A stretch of DNA of 64,000 bases from IMG/VR virus record IMGVR_UViG_3300030047_000010; one strand, written 5' to 3'. Position 1 is the stretch's first letter; every line of letters begins with the position of its first letter. The notes under the pieces are model-generated. The model was not told the DNA's origin. It searched no databases and saw nothing but the letters and a program-made list of their open reading frames with translations. This document shows positions 46,042-56,597 of this stretch, piece after piece. Source of the stretch: a virus. Taxonomy: Duplodnaviria > Heunggongvirae > Uroviricota > Caudoviricetes. A program made the position numbers and the translations under genes.

Positions 46042-48420
46042 TTATGCGTCCTCGTCACCACCATCATCAGCATCCGGCCCAGCTACATAAGTCAGACGAG
46101 CAATCTCAGTACGGATACGACCAACGTGAGTAGGACGCAGAATCGTATCAGCAACATGAGCGGTCTCAAGGGCGAGCAACGTCAACATCGGTGTCATTCT
46201 ATGCTCAGAAGCAACATTGACAATCGCATGAGCCAAACGAATAGGGCTATGTACCAAGGCTGCCACACCATGTATATCATCCAATCGAGTCAGCGTACAA
46301 GCTACACGAGTCTTAATGGCAGTCAACCAAGAAGTAAAGGCTTGTCGCTCTGCCTCTGTTCCAAGGGCGGGATGAGTAACATAGTCACTCAAACGAGAGA
46401 CCGTAACAGCAATGCTAAAGCAATCAGCAATTACACCACTACGAGCAGCCACAGGCAAACCTTGCATATACTCAGAGCTTAGGGGCTGAACATAATTAGC
46501 CACAAGACGAGTAAGCGCCTGAGCTACACGATGAGATACATGCATAGACGATTGCAGACAACGCAGAAGATCCATAACAGGTGGTGCATCAAGCAGGATC
46601 TTTAGTGCCACTGCTGTATCATGCAAAACTGTAGCAGGTGATGCTAGTGGATCTCCCTCTACCGGGCCATCAATCCCACGAGCAATGTCACATAGGCGCT
46701 TCCCAAAATGCGTATTTCTAAACATTGGGCGAACCATACTCCAGATATTTCCATCTGCCGAAATATCCTCGTGATTAGCGGACGACTCCGAAGTAACGGC
46801 AGAAATAGGTGCAGAACCTGTCCAAGAGCTAGACGTAGCAGCAGTCCGAAGAGCAGCCAAGCGAGCAGCCAGCTTTGTACTGAACTGATCCTGGTTCACA
46901 ATCTGAGAAGCACGCTCTGCCGCACGGCGAGTTGCTTGCAACGATTCATTCAGAGCGCTCAACGGACGTGTCCACAAGTCATTGTTCAAAATAGAAGGAG
47001 CATCCGCGCCAACCTGAACAAACGACAAGATACGCTGAATTCCTGTATCAAGAATAGAACGCTGCAGAGCAGCGGTTACATTAGAAGTCAACGCCTGCTT
47101 AAATGCAGGCGAACCGAGCATAGTCCGAATAGCGGATACAAGCTCAAGAGCCGCCGTGTGTTGGTTTACATCAACCAGGGTACTTGAGAAGCTAACACTC
47201 TGAGGAGTAACAGGAAGTACATCGCCATGCCTACGAAGGAACTCCTCGTAGTTCTCATCGAGCAGAGAGTCTTCCGCACAGAGAGAATTAAACTGCACGT
47301 TAATATCAAATTGACGAGAAGCTGTTGATGAAGCTGGGCTGAAGATACCATTACGAGTGGCCTCGGATTCAGGCAACATGGCACTAACTTTGATATTGTG
47401 AATAAAGACAGCACGATTGTGCATCAAGTTCCACCCGTCAACCTCATGGTTCAAAGCCTTGCGACGAAAGGTAACACAGACATGCATATTAGCATAACCA
47501 GGAACCGTAAAGGTCACGTGGTCAACGCTATTAACAAGTTGAGGACAAGGACGAGGCTTGATGCGCGACTCAAAAAACGACATGAAACGAGTATGATACT
47601 CATCAAAACCAGCATCAGGGATGCATGCGTAAACAAGAGACGAAAGGATCTTACGTGCCGTTTCGATAGCTTCATCTGCACCAGCACCCAAGTAGTCACC
47701 ACCAGGAGAACGAACCTCCACACAGTGATTACAGATCTTGCTGAGGTTGATAGAGCGATATTTCTCTGCCTCAATCAAGACACGACGAATTCGTGGCTCC
47801 TTAGTTGCCAACAAAAATAAAATCTCAGGATCACCAGACCAGGGAACATTCAAGTCCCGTGCCTGAATGCGATGGTTGTTGAAACCTTCACGATGTCCTT
47901 GTGCAAACAAAGCCATTGTGCTCTGAGCATAATGAGTATTCAGATTACCCCGATACTTCAGTGTCATCCCGATGTCATCCATAAAGATGCCCATCTTAAT
48001 TGGATCAAAACTGCTGTACTCTTCATTCACATTAGGATGTGATACTGTCACATGCATACCTGTAGACGAATTAGTTACAGCGTGTGCGTCACGTAGATAC
48101 GCAAAAACTTTCGTCAATGTGTCATGTAGCACGGATGGCGTGAGAATTGGTGATACCAACTCCACACGATAACCAGCAGCATGGGTTGGGTTGATGGAAC
48201 TATCGGCAGTAACGTTCCACTTCGTGTAGCCACCATGGCGATGTGCGTTGTAACAATCTTCTACAACACCAACAGAGCCGTCACCGAAAAGCTCACGTAC
48301 AGCCTCACCAACACGTCGATGAGACTGTGCGCTAGCAAATTCAAATTCAAAGCCGAGTTTGACAGGGTGGTTAGAGAGTTCGTCAAGAGTTAAATCATGG
48401 TAGGATGTTGCTTGAGGCAT
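46042..48420 (-). CDS. Amidoligase_2 family protein, paralog 4, with long helical C-terminus
   Basis: LGFEFEF, WNVTADSSI, VELVSP, TNSSTGMHVT, KYRSINL, VEVR; start reassigned to ATG 48420 behind a TTGACA-N17-TATTAT promoter. Confidence 0.85.
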   Translation of the reverse strand: MPQATSYHDLTLDELSNHPVKLGFEFEFASAQSHRRVGEAVRELFGDGSVGVVEDCYNAHRHGGYTKWNVTADSSINPTHAAGYRVELVSPILTPSVLHDTLTKVFAYLRDAHAVTNSSTGMHVTVSHPNVNEEYSSFDPIKMGIFMDDIGMTLKYRGNLNTHYAQSTMALFAQGHREGFNNHRIQARDLNVPWSGDPEILFLLATKEPRIRRVLIEAEKYRSINLSKICNHCVEVRSPGGDYLGAGADEAIETARKILSSLVYACIPDAGFDEYHTRFMSFFESRIKPRPCPQLVNSVDHVTFTVPGYANMHVCVTFRRKALNHEVDGWNLMHNRAVFIHNIKVSAMLPESEATRNGIFSPASSTASRQFDINVQFNSLCAEDSLLDENYEEFLRRHGDVLPVTPQSVSFSSTLVDVNQHTAALELVSAIRTMLGSPAFKQALTSNVTAALQRSILDTGIQRILSFVQVGADAPSILNNDLWTRPLSALNESLQATRRAAERASQIVNQDQFSTKLAARLAALRTAATSSSWTGSAPISAVTSESSANHEDISADGNIWSMVRPMFRNTHFGKRLCDIARGIDGPVEGDPLASPATVLHDTAVALKILLDAPPVMDLLRCLQSSMHVSHRVAQALTRLVANYVQPLSSEYMQGLPVAARSGVIADCFSIAVTVSRLSDYVTHPALGTEAERQAFTSWLTAIKTRVACTLTRLDDIHGVAALVHSPIRLAHAIVNVASEHRMTPMLTLLALETAHVADTILRPTHVGRIRTEIARLTYVAGPDADDGGDEDA

Positions 48421-48468
48421 ACAGACAATAATAACTAAAAGTCGTATGCCTGTCAAGGCGGTTTTCTA

Positions 48469-49947
48469 CTAACCGTGTATTATATCTCTGACGATCAAAG
48501 CCTTGTACGTGTCTAAGGCTTCTTCCGGGTGTAGAGCTACCTGTGCCGACGCTGCCAGCCTACGAGCAATGTTTTCAAACATCTCTGGTTTCTTGTAGGA
48601 CCATCCGTTACCTGGCGCACGATACTCCAGCAGGGGTGTTGACCCGAATCCCGGCTGCAACTTAACCAAATTTATACTTAGATTTCTATCAAACGAATTA
48701 ACTAACCTAAGTTTCATTCGAGGATCTAAAGCAATCTTATCTACAACAGATACCGCGTCATACGTAGTTGGTATCTTCTCTAGCGTCTCATGATCACGCA
48801 GGTGTGCGGGCTTATCCGGGTTACTTCGCTGACCGATAATATGCTTAAATCCTGTTTTTAGATCTGCGTGAATAATACCACGAACATAAGCTAAAAAAGA
48901 CCTACAATTATAGTTATCTTCCCTATCCATAGTTTTTAATATATCATCATCACCAAGAAACAACGCCAATTTAATAGGATTGAATCCAGGAGTATTGAAG
49001 CCATTACCCGTATGACTAATAGTCATATGTAATCCGCAAGACTCATTTGTATAGGCATTAATATCAGAAAGCATTTTCCAAACAAACTGAAGCGTCTTAC
49101 GAATATCACCAAACATCATTGGTGGTGATATCAACTCTATGCCATCATCTCCGTCATGTGCAGCAATAGATGGGTCTCCTGTTACATGCCAAGAATCATA
49201 ACCTACATCTCTAGGAATACCGTAATCATCTCGCACAACACCAACCTTACGCCCAGATAAATGAAGCAACTCAGCAATATGTGTATGCTTCAACCCAGAC
49301 ACAAATTCAAACTCAAAACCAACCCTAAAATCAGTTAAGGAGCCATCATCTATAGATAATTTATAATTCAAAGGCAAGCTTGCAATAGCTTCTGTTCTAG
49401 CTACAACAGACAAGCGCATCTGCTCTGCTTCCGCATCTGCTCGTATTTTTTCAATAACATCCAGGGCTGTTAACCCCATGCCATTAGGGACTGACGTTAC
49501 TCTATAGGGAAGCACAGCTATGCGCTCATGGAACTCTGGGTATTTAGCCAACCAATGTATGGGTGTATTACCATAGATATTTCTATAGACAAAATCATCT
49601 ACGTTACCATGCCTAAAGATATCCACACCGCGCTGTGCTAGATAATGAAGAACAGAGTTCTTAGTAGAATCTTGTAGTGTTCGGTAGATAGGTGGCATAT
49701 CAAATATGCGATCAATAACTCTCCAATTATGCAAAGGATCTAACTTTTTAACAATGCTGTGAATCAGCAAATCTATGCCATCTTCATCCAGACGGCTCAA
49801 GAATAACTGACGATCAGATAATAAACAGATCAACCCGTATTCGCTGTCATCACTTAACATGTTGACAACTGTAGGAGATAGCTTAAAGGTACTCTCCTTA
49901 GGCAGCCGAACGACAAGATCTTCTGCGTCACTCATGGCAATCACCAT
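48469..49947 (-). CDS. ankyrin-repeat/Amidoligase_2 fusion, paralog 5
   Basis: NSVLHYLA, GNTPIHWLA, GLTALD (ankyrin-like); then VGFEFEF, WHVTGD, IELISP, TNESCGLHMT, LEYR. Confidence 0.8.
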   Translation of the reverse strand: MVIAMSDAEDLVVRLPKESTFKLSPTVVNMLSDDSEYGLICLLSDRQLFLSRLDEDGIDLLIHSIVKKLDPLHNWRVIDRIFDMPPIYRTLQDSTKNSVLHYLAQRGVDIFRHGNVDDFVYRNIYGNTPIHWLAKYPEFHERIAVLPYRVTSVPNGMGLTALDVIEKIRADAEAEQMRLSVVARTEAIASLPLNYKLSIDDGSLTDFRVGFEFEFVSGLKHTHIAELLHLSGRKVGVVRDDYGIPRDVGYDSWHVTGDPSIAAHDGDDGIELISPPMMFGDIRKTLQFVWKMLSDINAYTNESCGLHMTISHTGNGFNTPGFNPIKLALFLGDDDILKTMDREDNYNCRSFLAYVRGIIHADLKTGFKHIIGQRSNPDKPAHLRDHETLEKIPTTYDAVSVVDKIALDPRMKLRLVNSFDRNLSINLVKLQPGFGSTPLLEYRAPGNGWSYKKPEMFENIARRLAASAQVALHPEEALDTYKALIVRDIIHG

Positions 49948-50124
49948 CTTTTAAGTCATTGGATATGAAAACTTCTTTGAGAGGATCCAGCCTCATCTCA
50001 CCGGAACTTATAGCAGGCAAGCAATCAAGAAGAGCACCAAAAAGTTGAGAACTTTTTTCAAGCTCTTGGTTGCGTGCTAAACGTTGAAATTTTTTTGTTA
50101 CGGTGCCCACAGAAAGAAGTTCTG

Positions 50125-50409
50125 ATGCCAGAGTTGCCTGAGATCACTGAGTTGCCTCTAGGATCTGTTATACCTGCAGAATGTCCGTTCTGCGGATCTT
50201 TACATGCACGGCTACTTGCCGTGCAGAACAACCTGTTTTACCTACGATGCTGCGACTGTTACTGTGTGGGACCAGCTAAATACTCTACAGAAGATGCAAT
50301 AAGTGCTTGGAACACACGACCTATGGCTCTCTTACCCAGAAAGCTCTTAGACGGTGAGATGGATACATTAATCAGCAACTGGTGTCCGGAACCACCTAAA
50401 TTAGGTTGA
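50125..50409 (+). CDS. Lar-like (restriction alleviation) zinc-ribbon protein
   Basis: CPFCG...CCDC...EDAISAWNTR. Confidence 0.6.
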   Translation: MPELPEITELPLGSVIPAECPFCGSLHARLLAVQNNLFYLRCCDCYCVGPAKYSTEDAISAWNTRPMALLPRKLLDGEMDTLISNWCPEPPKLG

Positions 50410-50532
50410 CAGGGACACATATTAATTGTATCTTTTCTTTATGAGCAGAAGAAAACGGTGCGAACGAAGTGTTTGTATCGGATGACTTTGGTACCTGCTC
50501 TAACCGTTGATGGAGCGCCCATCAGCGGTTTT

Positions 50533-52890
50533 TTATTGCTGTGATTGGTGCAACAAAGCAGGAACTACAGTACGCTGCCAGAAATGTACCAGACGAGGGT
50601 CTGTAGAGTAAAGAAAACCTAGAGCTTCCTCTAGATTTTCAGAACTACCCAACAGTGCATTATTGAATTTGTACTTATACACGTACAACACAATTTGAAC
50701 ACAAATAGTATCACGGGAGGCATTAAAGAGCATTGTAGAGAAATTTGACCCAAGCCTAAACTGCGCGGAAATCTTATCAGAATACTCTTGTGTTAAGATA
50801 CCAGCATAACGAGCATAATCAGTAGCCATCTGTGACAGATTGTAAGCTGTCAAGCCATGAAGATACTCCCGTAGCCTCAGCGCAGCACTAAGTAGATAAG
50901 AACTGAGTGTTGCTAACGTAGCTACTACGGAGTTACTTGCTACAAAGTGATTAACAATAAAATCACCGACCTCAGCATAACTAGTAAAGTAACCCATACC
51001 AGCTAAAGCTAACGAATTACCAGCTACATTATACAATGTCATATTTGGTACAAATCCAGAAAGATCTAGATTAAACGGATCTACTATACGCTGCTTAGCT
51101 TTCTTATATAAAACAATACCCAAGTTATCCACTAGATCATCCACATCCATATGATACATACTAACTACTTGACCAAATGCATTTCCTTTTAGGAATGTCC
51201 TAGCCCTATCAACATGCTCATTTTTATTCTCAGCATACTTTGATTGAACATCAGTAGGATTCATATGCTGGACAACTAAATAGGCCATTAAATCCTTAAG
51301 CCTTTCGTTGTTATCCTTAGAAAATAAGGAACTACGACCAACCCGGATAATATTAATGGCATCAGCAGGCGATAAACCGTAAGAACGTGACGTAATCGCA
51401 AGAGCTTTCCAGCCATTATTTAGATAAGGATTAGTAGGCGTTGCTATTATTGCTTTGATCTCTGCATAAATTTTAGCGACCTCTTGCCTTGTAAGATAGG
51501 CAGCAGATCCGCTTTTTGTATGATGGTCTATTGAAACATCTGTATGGTTAGCACCACCGAAGGTAAGTTTTCCTGTTTTAACGTCTCTGTTAAAAGATAC
51601 TTTACCTATATATTTAAGAGATACCAAATCATGAGAATGACCTAAAACACTTGCATTATCACGAATAACAGCAAATACAACAGAAAAACGTATGCAATTT
51701 AATGCATAGTCTGGTATAACCTGCATTGTCACATCTAAGTGCAAATCAGAACCGATAGGTATTGCTCTAGTAAACACATAAGGTGTTACAGAACCTGCTG
51801 ACCCACCCGCAGATTTTATCAACTTGTCCTCCCGTGAGGGGTCTGACAAACCAAATCTACGAGTTAGAAGAGCCGCATAGGCTTGATCTAGCTTAGGACT
51901 AGACACGTCGCCAACAGCTACGAGCAGCGCATACATGATCCTACGAACCATGCCTGATAGAGCAGCCGGATTTTCGCCTAGATAATTAGACCCAATAGCT
52001 CTATATTCCACTACATTTGAATTTACTTTTTGCAAATTTACCGAGTGGTACCTATCATCATAGATACCCGAATTAAACTTGGTCAAGTATGTCAGTAGCT
52101 TCCTACGACCATCATGGATGAAGCCCGCGCCCTTAGCTGATTTCGACAGCAACTCGGTCTTCATTACTTCAAAAGGTGTCTGTTCAATCTCCTGTTCTAA
52201 CTGATCCGGATCCCAAGAATCATCAGATTCCTGCTCTGTATCAGCATCTTGAACTTTCTCGTGAAAAGAACTAGCATCTGCCAAGGACTCCCGGACAGCA
52301 TCTAATATACTATGAGCATACTCATTACTTGTTCGCTCAAAACGCTGTAGAATTTTATCATCACCCAAAAATATGGCAAATTTAATTGGGTCTAAGTAGT
52401 CCTTTATCTTAGGATGACCTAACGTAACGTGCATACTGCAAGAGCTGTTAGTCCGTGCGTCGATACTCTTAAGCAGCGTTAGAGCTTTATTCAACGTGGC
52501 AACCGCGTCTGTTGCTTTTAGCACAGGAGATACCAATTCTACACCTGTCTCACCCAGAGCTTTATCAATACGTGCATTATATGCAGCGTCTGTTTCACCG
52601 GCCTCACGAGGAGGCTCATCATCAGAATCACCCAGATTATAATCTTTAATAGATGTGTCACCCGTAATATGCCAAGCAGTTAAAGTATCTTCCCTGCCGT
52701 GGTGCTTACCATATAAATTAGTAACGGCACCAACAGGACCTAACTGCTCTCTTACCCGCTTACCTAGTTCAGGCCATATACGAGTCTTGCAAATAAACTC
52801 AAACTCAAAGCCAACTGTAACAGATGACAAGTCACCCTGACCAACAAACTTAACTTTGGTAGGATCCGCAGCTAAAGCAACTTCAAACAT
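50533..52890 (-). CDS. Amidoligase_2 family protein, paralog 6
   Basis: VGFEFEF, WHITGDTSI, VELVSP, TNSSCSMHVT, RYHSVNL, VEYR. Confidence 0.85.
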   Translation of the reverse strand: MFEVALAADPTKVKFVGQGDLSSVTVGFEFEFICKTRIWPELGKRVREQLGPVGAVTNLYGKHHGREDTLTAWHITGDTSIKDYNLGDSDDEPPREAGETDAAYNARIDKALGETGVELVSPVLKATDAVATLNKALTLLKSIDARTNSSCSMHVTLGHPKIKDYLDPIKFAIFLGDDKILQRFERTSNEYAHSILDAVRESLADASSFHEKVQDADTEQESDDSWDPDQLEQEIEQTPFEVMKTELLSKSAKGAGFIHDGRRKLLTYLTKFNSGIYDDRYHSVNLQKVNSNVVEYRAIGSNYLGENPAALSGMVRRIMYALLVAVGDVSSPKLDQAYAALLTRRFGLSDPSREDKLIKSAGGSAGSVTPYVFTRAIPIGSDLHLDVTMQVIPDYALNCIRFSVVFAVIRDNASVLGHSHDLVSLKYIGKVSFNRDVKTGKLTFGGANHTDVSIDHHTKSGSAAYLTRQEVAKIYAEIKAIIATPTNPYLNNGWKALAITSRSYGLSPADAINIIRVGRSSLFSKDNNERLKDLMAYLVVQHMNPTDVQSKYAENKNEHVDRARTFLKGNAFGQVVSMYHMDVDDLVDNLGIVLYKKAKQRIVDPFNLDLSGFVPNMTLYNVAGNSLALAGMGYFTSYAEVGDFIVNHFVASNSVVATLATLSSYLLSAALRLREYLHGLTAYNLSQMATDYARYAGILTQEYSDKISAQFRLGSNFSTMLFNASRDTICVQIVLYVYKYKFNNALLGSSENLEEALGFLYSTDPRLVHFWQRTVVPALLHQSQQ

Positions 52891-53596
52891 CAGTAGAATC
52901 TGCCTTTTTCAAAAATAGATGGGATAAATCTACACCATAAACATCTTCTAATGTATGAACACCTCTATTATAATCTACTTTTATATCAGATGTCAGAGAC
53001 TTCAACATATCTTGAATTGCCTCTTTGAACTTATGCCTCTGATTATCTGAATTAAATGTTAGAGATAATTCTTTGTTTACATGATCAAAAGATGTAATCA
53101 AGCTTTTCAATACCGCATATATCATAGGACGTAAAATCTGCAGCACAACAGACTCAGCAATCTCTTGTGGATCATCTAGAGATTCACGTGATTTAATCAA
53201 TTCCTTAAAAGTAGTCGCTAAGCTGGATAAAGCATTATAACCTGTCTCCGACGTAGGATCTGCTTTATACTCAGATAAGGCTACGACAAGACACTCATCT
53301 ATCTCAATAGCGAGACGCTCCAGCATCTCCTTAGGCTTAATTTTCTGAGCAGGTGCAGGCTGTTGGTTAGAAATAGCAGTTGCTCTTACTGTTAAACTGC
53401 CTTGAGGAGTGCTTACAGACTGAGTTGTCTGTTGAACTTGTCGTACTTCATGTGCCTGTGCTCCACCGGGAGTAAAACTAGATCGTATCCGCATAACTTG
53501 AGCTAATGTCATATTTAGCTCACGTGCAATCAAAACATCAGAGCGCCCCTCGGCAGCTAAATCATAAACTTTATTGAACGTTTCATCTTGTGTCAT
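52883..53596 (-). CDS. N-terminal HTH hypothetical protein
   Basis: GRSDVLIARELNMTLAQVMRIR resembles an HTH. Confidence 0.55.
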   Translation of the reverse strand: MTQDETFNKVYDLAAEGRSDVLIARELNMTLAQVMRIRSSFTPGGAQAHEVRQVQQTTQSVSTPQGSLTVRATAISNQQPAPAQKIKPKEMLERLAIEIDECLVVALSEYKADPTSETGYNALSSLATTFKELIKSRESLDDPQEIAESVVLQILRPMIYAVLKSLITSFDHVNKELSLTFNSDNQRHKFKEAIQDMLKSLTSDIKVDYNRGVHTLEDVYGVDLSHLFLKKADSTDV

Positions 53597-55077
53597 GTAA
53601 ACAACATATTGAGTAAGGTGGTAAATTTTATAATGCGTTTTTCAGGATCTTCATCTAGCTCCAGAGTACGAGCTTTGCCTATCTGAAGCATCTTCTGCTC
53701 ACCAAATATAGAATAAGCTAAATCAATTATGTTAGCCCACTTACCTGTAGTTGTTAAGGCTTCCATAAGTTCATCACCGTGAGCATCCATGTGATCTCGG
53801 TTATTAAGAAGCTCTTCTAGCACAGCTTTAGCGTCAAATTCAGAAAATACAACAGTGTTTTGCTCACGTGCTAAATATAAACCGACTATTGATTTAATGT
53901 CTGCTGTTGATCTGTATCGTGTTTTCTCGTCAAAAGAAAAAGCTGTTAATATATTAACATGAGCTTTTTCCGGATGTAAGAGGAAATTGAATACAAAGTC
54001 AGCTACATCGTCAGACTGACTATAACTCTTGAACGACTCACTCTCACCAAAAACTTTATCTATACGTGAACGAACAATAGGATTAGATATAATGGCACGA
54101 TACGCCAAGTATATTTGAGCTGCTTGCTTATCTGTGAAGTAGGACCAGTCAGCCGATCCTTGCTCATGTACAACTGCTATCAAATACAGCTTAAGATTAT
54201 AAGAAGTAGCCAAATGCTCACTCAAATACTGAGCCGACTCTAAAAACTTAGAAGGAACACCCGACATCTCTGAAACCGTCTTAAAATAATCTGATGCTGT
54301 TGGTGTAGTAGCATTAGACAACTCATAAGCAAATATATCATTAGCCCGATTAAAATCTTCAGCCTCAGGCATGGCTGGAAGAGTAATTCTCTGCTTAGTA
54401 GCTTCTGAGAAAAATAATTGCAGAGCATGGCTGATCTCATGAGTATCTATAGGCGAAGTAGCAACATTAGATTCTTGTGCCTGCTGGGCATTTAAGGGGC
54501 CGTTGAATGGCAGCCCAGCAGTCGCTAGTGCGTACACAGCAGCTCGGACATAACCCAACTCAGTGAACTCCCATACATGTACAAGCCTATTATCTGTGTG
54601 ATCCGGTACTGTTAGAATATGCTGACCTAAAGCTGCAAAAACATACCTGTCGTTTAACAGAGTAAGAACTTTATTAATCTCAAGACTCTTAGCTTTTAGA
54701 TTTTCTATCTCACGCGCATATCTAATTCGATTAGCTACGCTAGAAGCCATCCTAGACAGAGGAAGACGAAGTTTTACTTCAAAGTACTGTTTTACTGTTT
54801 GAAGTAGTCTACGTCGATCTATGTTATAATACACAAAAACAGGAATCTCACCATCAGGGGATGGCTTTATACCGCTCCAAGTATGCTCTCGTGTGACAAG
54901 CTCGGCAGCATCACCACCAAGATACTTGTCTATCTCAGACACAGCAAAGAAAAAATTAGTTAAAGCTTTATCTTGAGCTGACTCTGTGGAGTTTCTTACA
55001 TACGGGCGATAGTGCCCATATCGCTCCCAGATAGGCCGCTCTTGAGTATCAGACTGTTGTTCTTGGGTAGTAGGCAT
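53593..55077 (-). CDS. hypothetical protein
   Basis: 494-aa ORF, last of the minus-strand block. Confidence 0.7.
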   Translation of the reverse strand: MPTTQEQQSDTQERPIWERYGHYRPYVRNSTESAQDKALTNFFFAVSEIDKYLGGDAAELVTREHTWSGIKPSPDGEIPVFVYYNIDRRRLLQTVKQYFEVKLRLPLSRMASSVANRIRYAREIENLKAKSLEINKVLTLLNDRYVFAALGQHILTVPDHTDNRLVHVWEFTELGYVRAAVYALATAGLPFNGPLNAQQAQESNVATSPIDTHEISHALQLFFSEATKQRITLPAMPEAEDFNRANDIFAYELSNATTPTASDYFKTVSEMSGVPSKFLESAQYLSEHLATSYNLKLYLIAVVHEQGSADWSYFTDKQAAQIYLAYRAIISNPIVRSRIDKVFGESESFKSYSQSDDVADFVFNFLLHPEKAHVNILTAFSFDEKTRYRSTADIKSIVGLYLAREQNTVVFSEFDAKAVLEELLNNRDHMDAHGDELMEALTTTGKWANIIDLAYSIFGEQKMLQIGKARTLELDEDPEKRIIKFTTLLNMLFT

Positions 55078-55174
55078 GGCTAATAAGAAGTTTAACCACT
55101 TGTCACCTTGACAACGGTACGTATTAAAAGTATATTTAACTCTACCTAACTTGAAACCTTGTCATGGAGAACGC

Positions 55175-56071
55175 ATGCGTCGCTTCCGCCCATCTGAATG
55201 CCGAATCAACCTGGGGCTTGCTGGCCAACTCTCAGAGCACTCCCTAGCAGATGCTCTTATCGGTATCAAATTCGCTGTCACCCAGTCGTCATCTGATTGG
55301 GGACATGAGTCAGCACCGAAGCGGTTCTACCTGACAGCATTTGCCTTTGTGGACACAGATATGGTGCCACTCATTGGGCCTGATGTTGATCGCAGCACAG
55401 TCACTCTGTCTCGCACGCAACTTCCGGACAAAACCGAAACATTCTTCAATGAGGAGATCGTAACGGACGCATCCGTGGTTGGTGTATGGGAAGCTAGCAC
55501 AGCAGCGCAGAACAAGAAACTCATCAATCTGGTGCTTGGTGCTCTTGGACGACATCGCATCAGTGCCGAAGTGGAAATGGGCAATAATGAACTGCTAAAC
55601 CGCATCCAAACGGATCTCGGGATGTACCTGATGTATCGAGATCTTTCCACAACTCGTATGGGTGTGCTTCGTGCAAATGTTTACAAAATGGATTCCAAAG
55701 AGGACACTAAGCGATCCCCAGAGCTAAATGCTGGATTGAAAACACTTGCTACAGAGCACATGAGTCTCCGGAAAATCAACACACGGATCAATGAGTTGGA
55801 ACGCACATATGATCTGCACTCGCGACATCTTGGACTTCGAGCACAGACTATCCCCACAGGTATTTCTCTGATCGTTGTCCAAGTGGATACGAGTAAGCTT
55901 AAGGAGAATGATATCCCTGGATTCATTCTCCCGTCTATGGTAGAAGCACCACAGACAGCAGCACCTGTGGTTAAAACACCTGAAGGTGTTGAGGTACATG
56001 TGCAAGTTGAAATTGAAGGAAAGCCACCTGTTGATATCGCAGGGGCTACTAGTGGAACAGAGAACATCTAA
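55175..56071 (+). CDS. hypothetical early protein
   Basis: GGAGA RBS, behind a TTGACA-N17-TATATT promoter near 55108. Confidence 0.65.
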   Translation: MRRFRPSECRINLGLAGQLSEHSLADALIGIKFAVTQSSSDWGHESAPKRFYLTAFAFVDTDMVPLIGPDVDRSTVTLSRTQLPDKTETFFNEEIVTDASVVGVWEASTAAQNKKLINLVLGALGRHRISAEVEMGNNELLNRIQTDLGMYLMYRDLSTTRMGVLRANVYKMDSKEDTKRSPELNAGLKTLATEHMSLRKINTRINELERTYDLHSRHLGLRAQTIPTGISLIVVQVDTSKLKENDIPGFILPSMVEAPQTAAPVVKTPEGVEVHVQVEIEGKPPVDIAGATSGTENI

Positions 56072-56087
56072 CCAAAAGGAAACATAA

Positions 56088-56510
56088 ATGCTGACGATCA
56101 AACTGACGGATGCCACCACGTTGAAGCTGTTCTTCAACTATACGAAGATTCCTGCCGAGCGAAAGCAGGAAGTTAAAGGATCTCGCTTCCGTCGTCGCAC
56201 GACTGAGGCTGTTCTGGAGTTGTATCAGAACGGCACGGCACACAAGGCTAAGATTGTGGGCAGTGCAATCAACGACAGCACGGAGCGCTTTGATCGCGTA
56301 CATGGTCGGGAAGCTGCCTTGCGTAGCCTCACTGACGGACTCCTTGTAAGCCTGCTTCAGGCTGCATGGAATATGGATGTGGAGTCATCTACTCTGCGCA
56401 CCAGTGTGTGGGATGCGTACAGGAACAGTTGCACGCGCAAGATCAAGCCACAGTTCCGTGCTGATCCCGAGCGTGTCCGTCGTGGAACGCATCATCAGGT
56501 ATCTCGCTAA
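56088..56510 (+). CDS. hypothetical protein
   Basis: 140-aa ORF, AAGGA RBS. Confidence 0.6.
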   Translation: MLTIKLTDATTLKLFFNYTKIPAERKQEVKGSRFRRRTTEAVLELYQNGTAHKAKIVGSAINDSTERFDRVHGREAALRSLTDGLLVSLLQAAWNMDVESSTLRTSVWDAYRNSCTRKIKPQFRADPERVRRGTHHQVSR

Positions 56511-56597
56511 CCTAAGCGATGACTAAGCAGGTATACATAAATAAGTGTACCTGCTTTCTATAAAATGCAATAATAGTAATAAAGAAAGATTAATACC

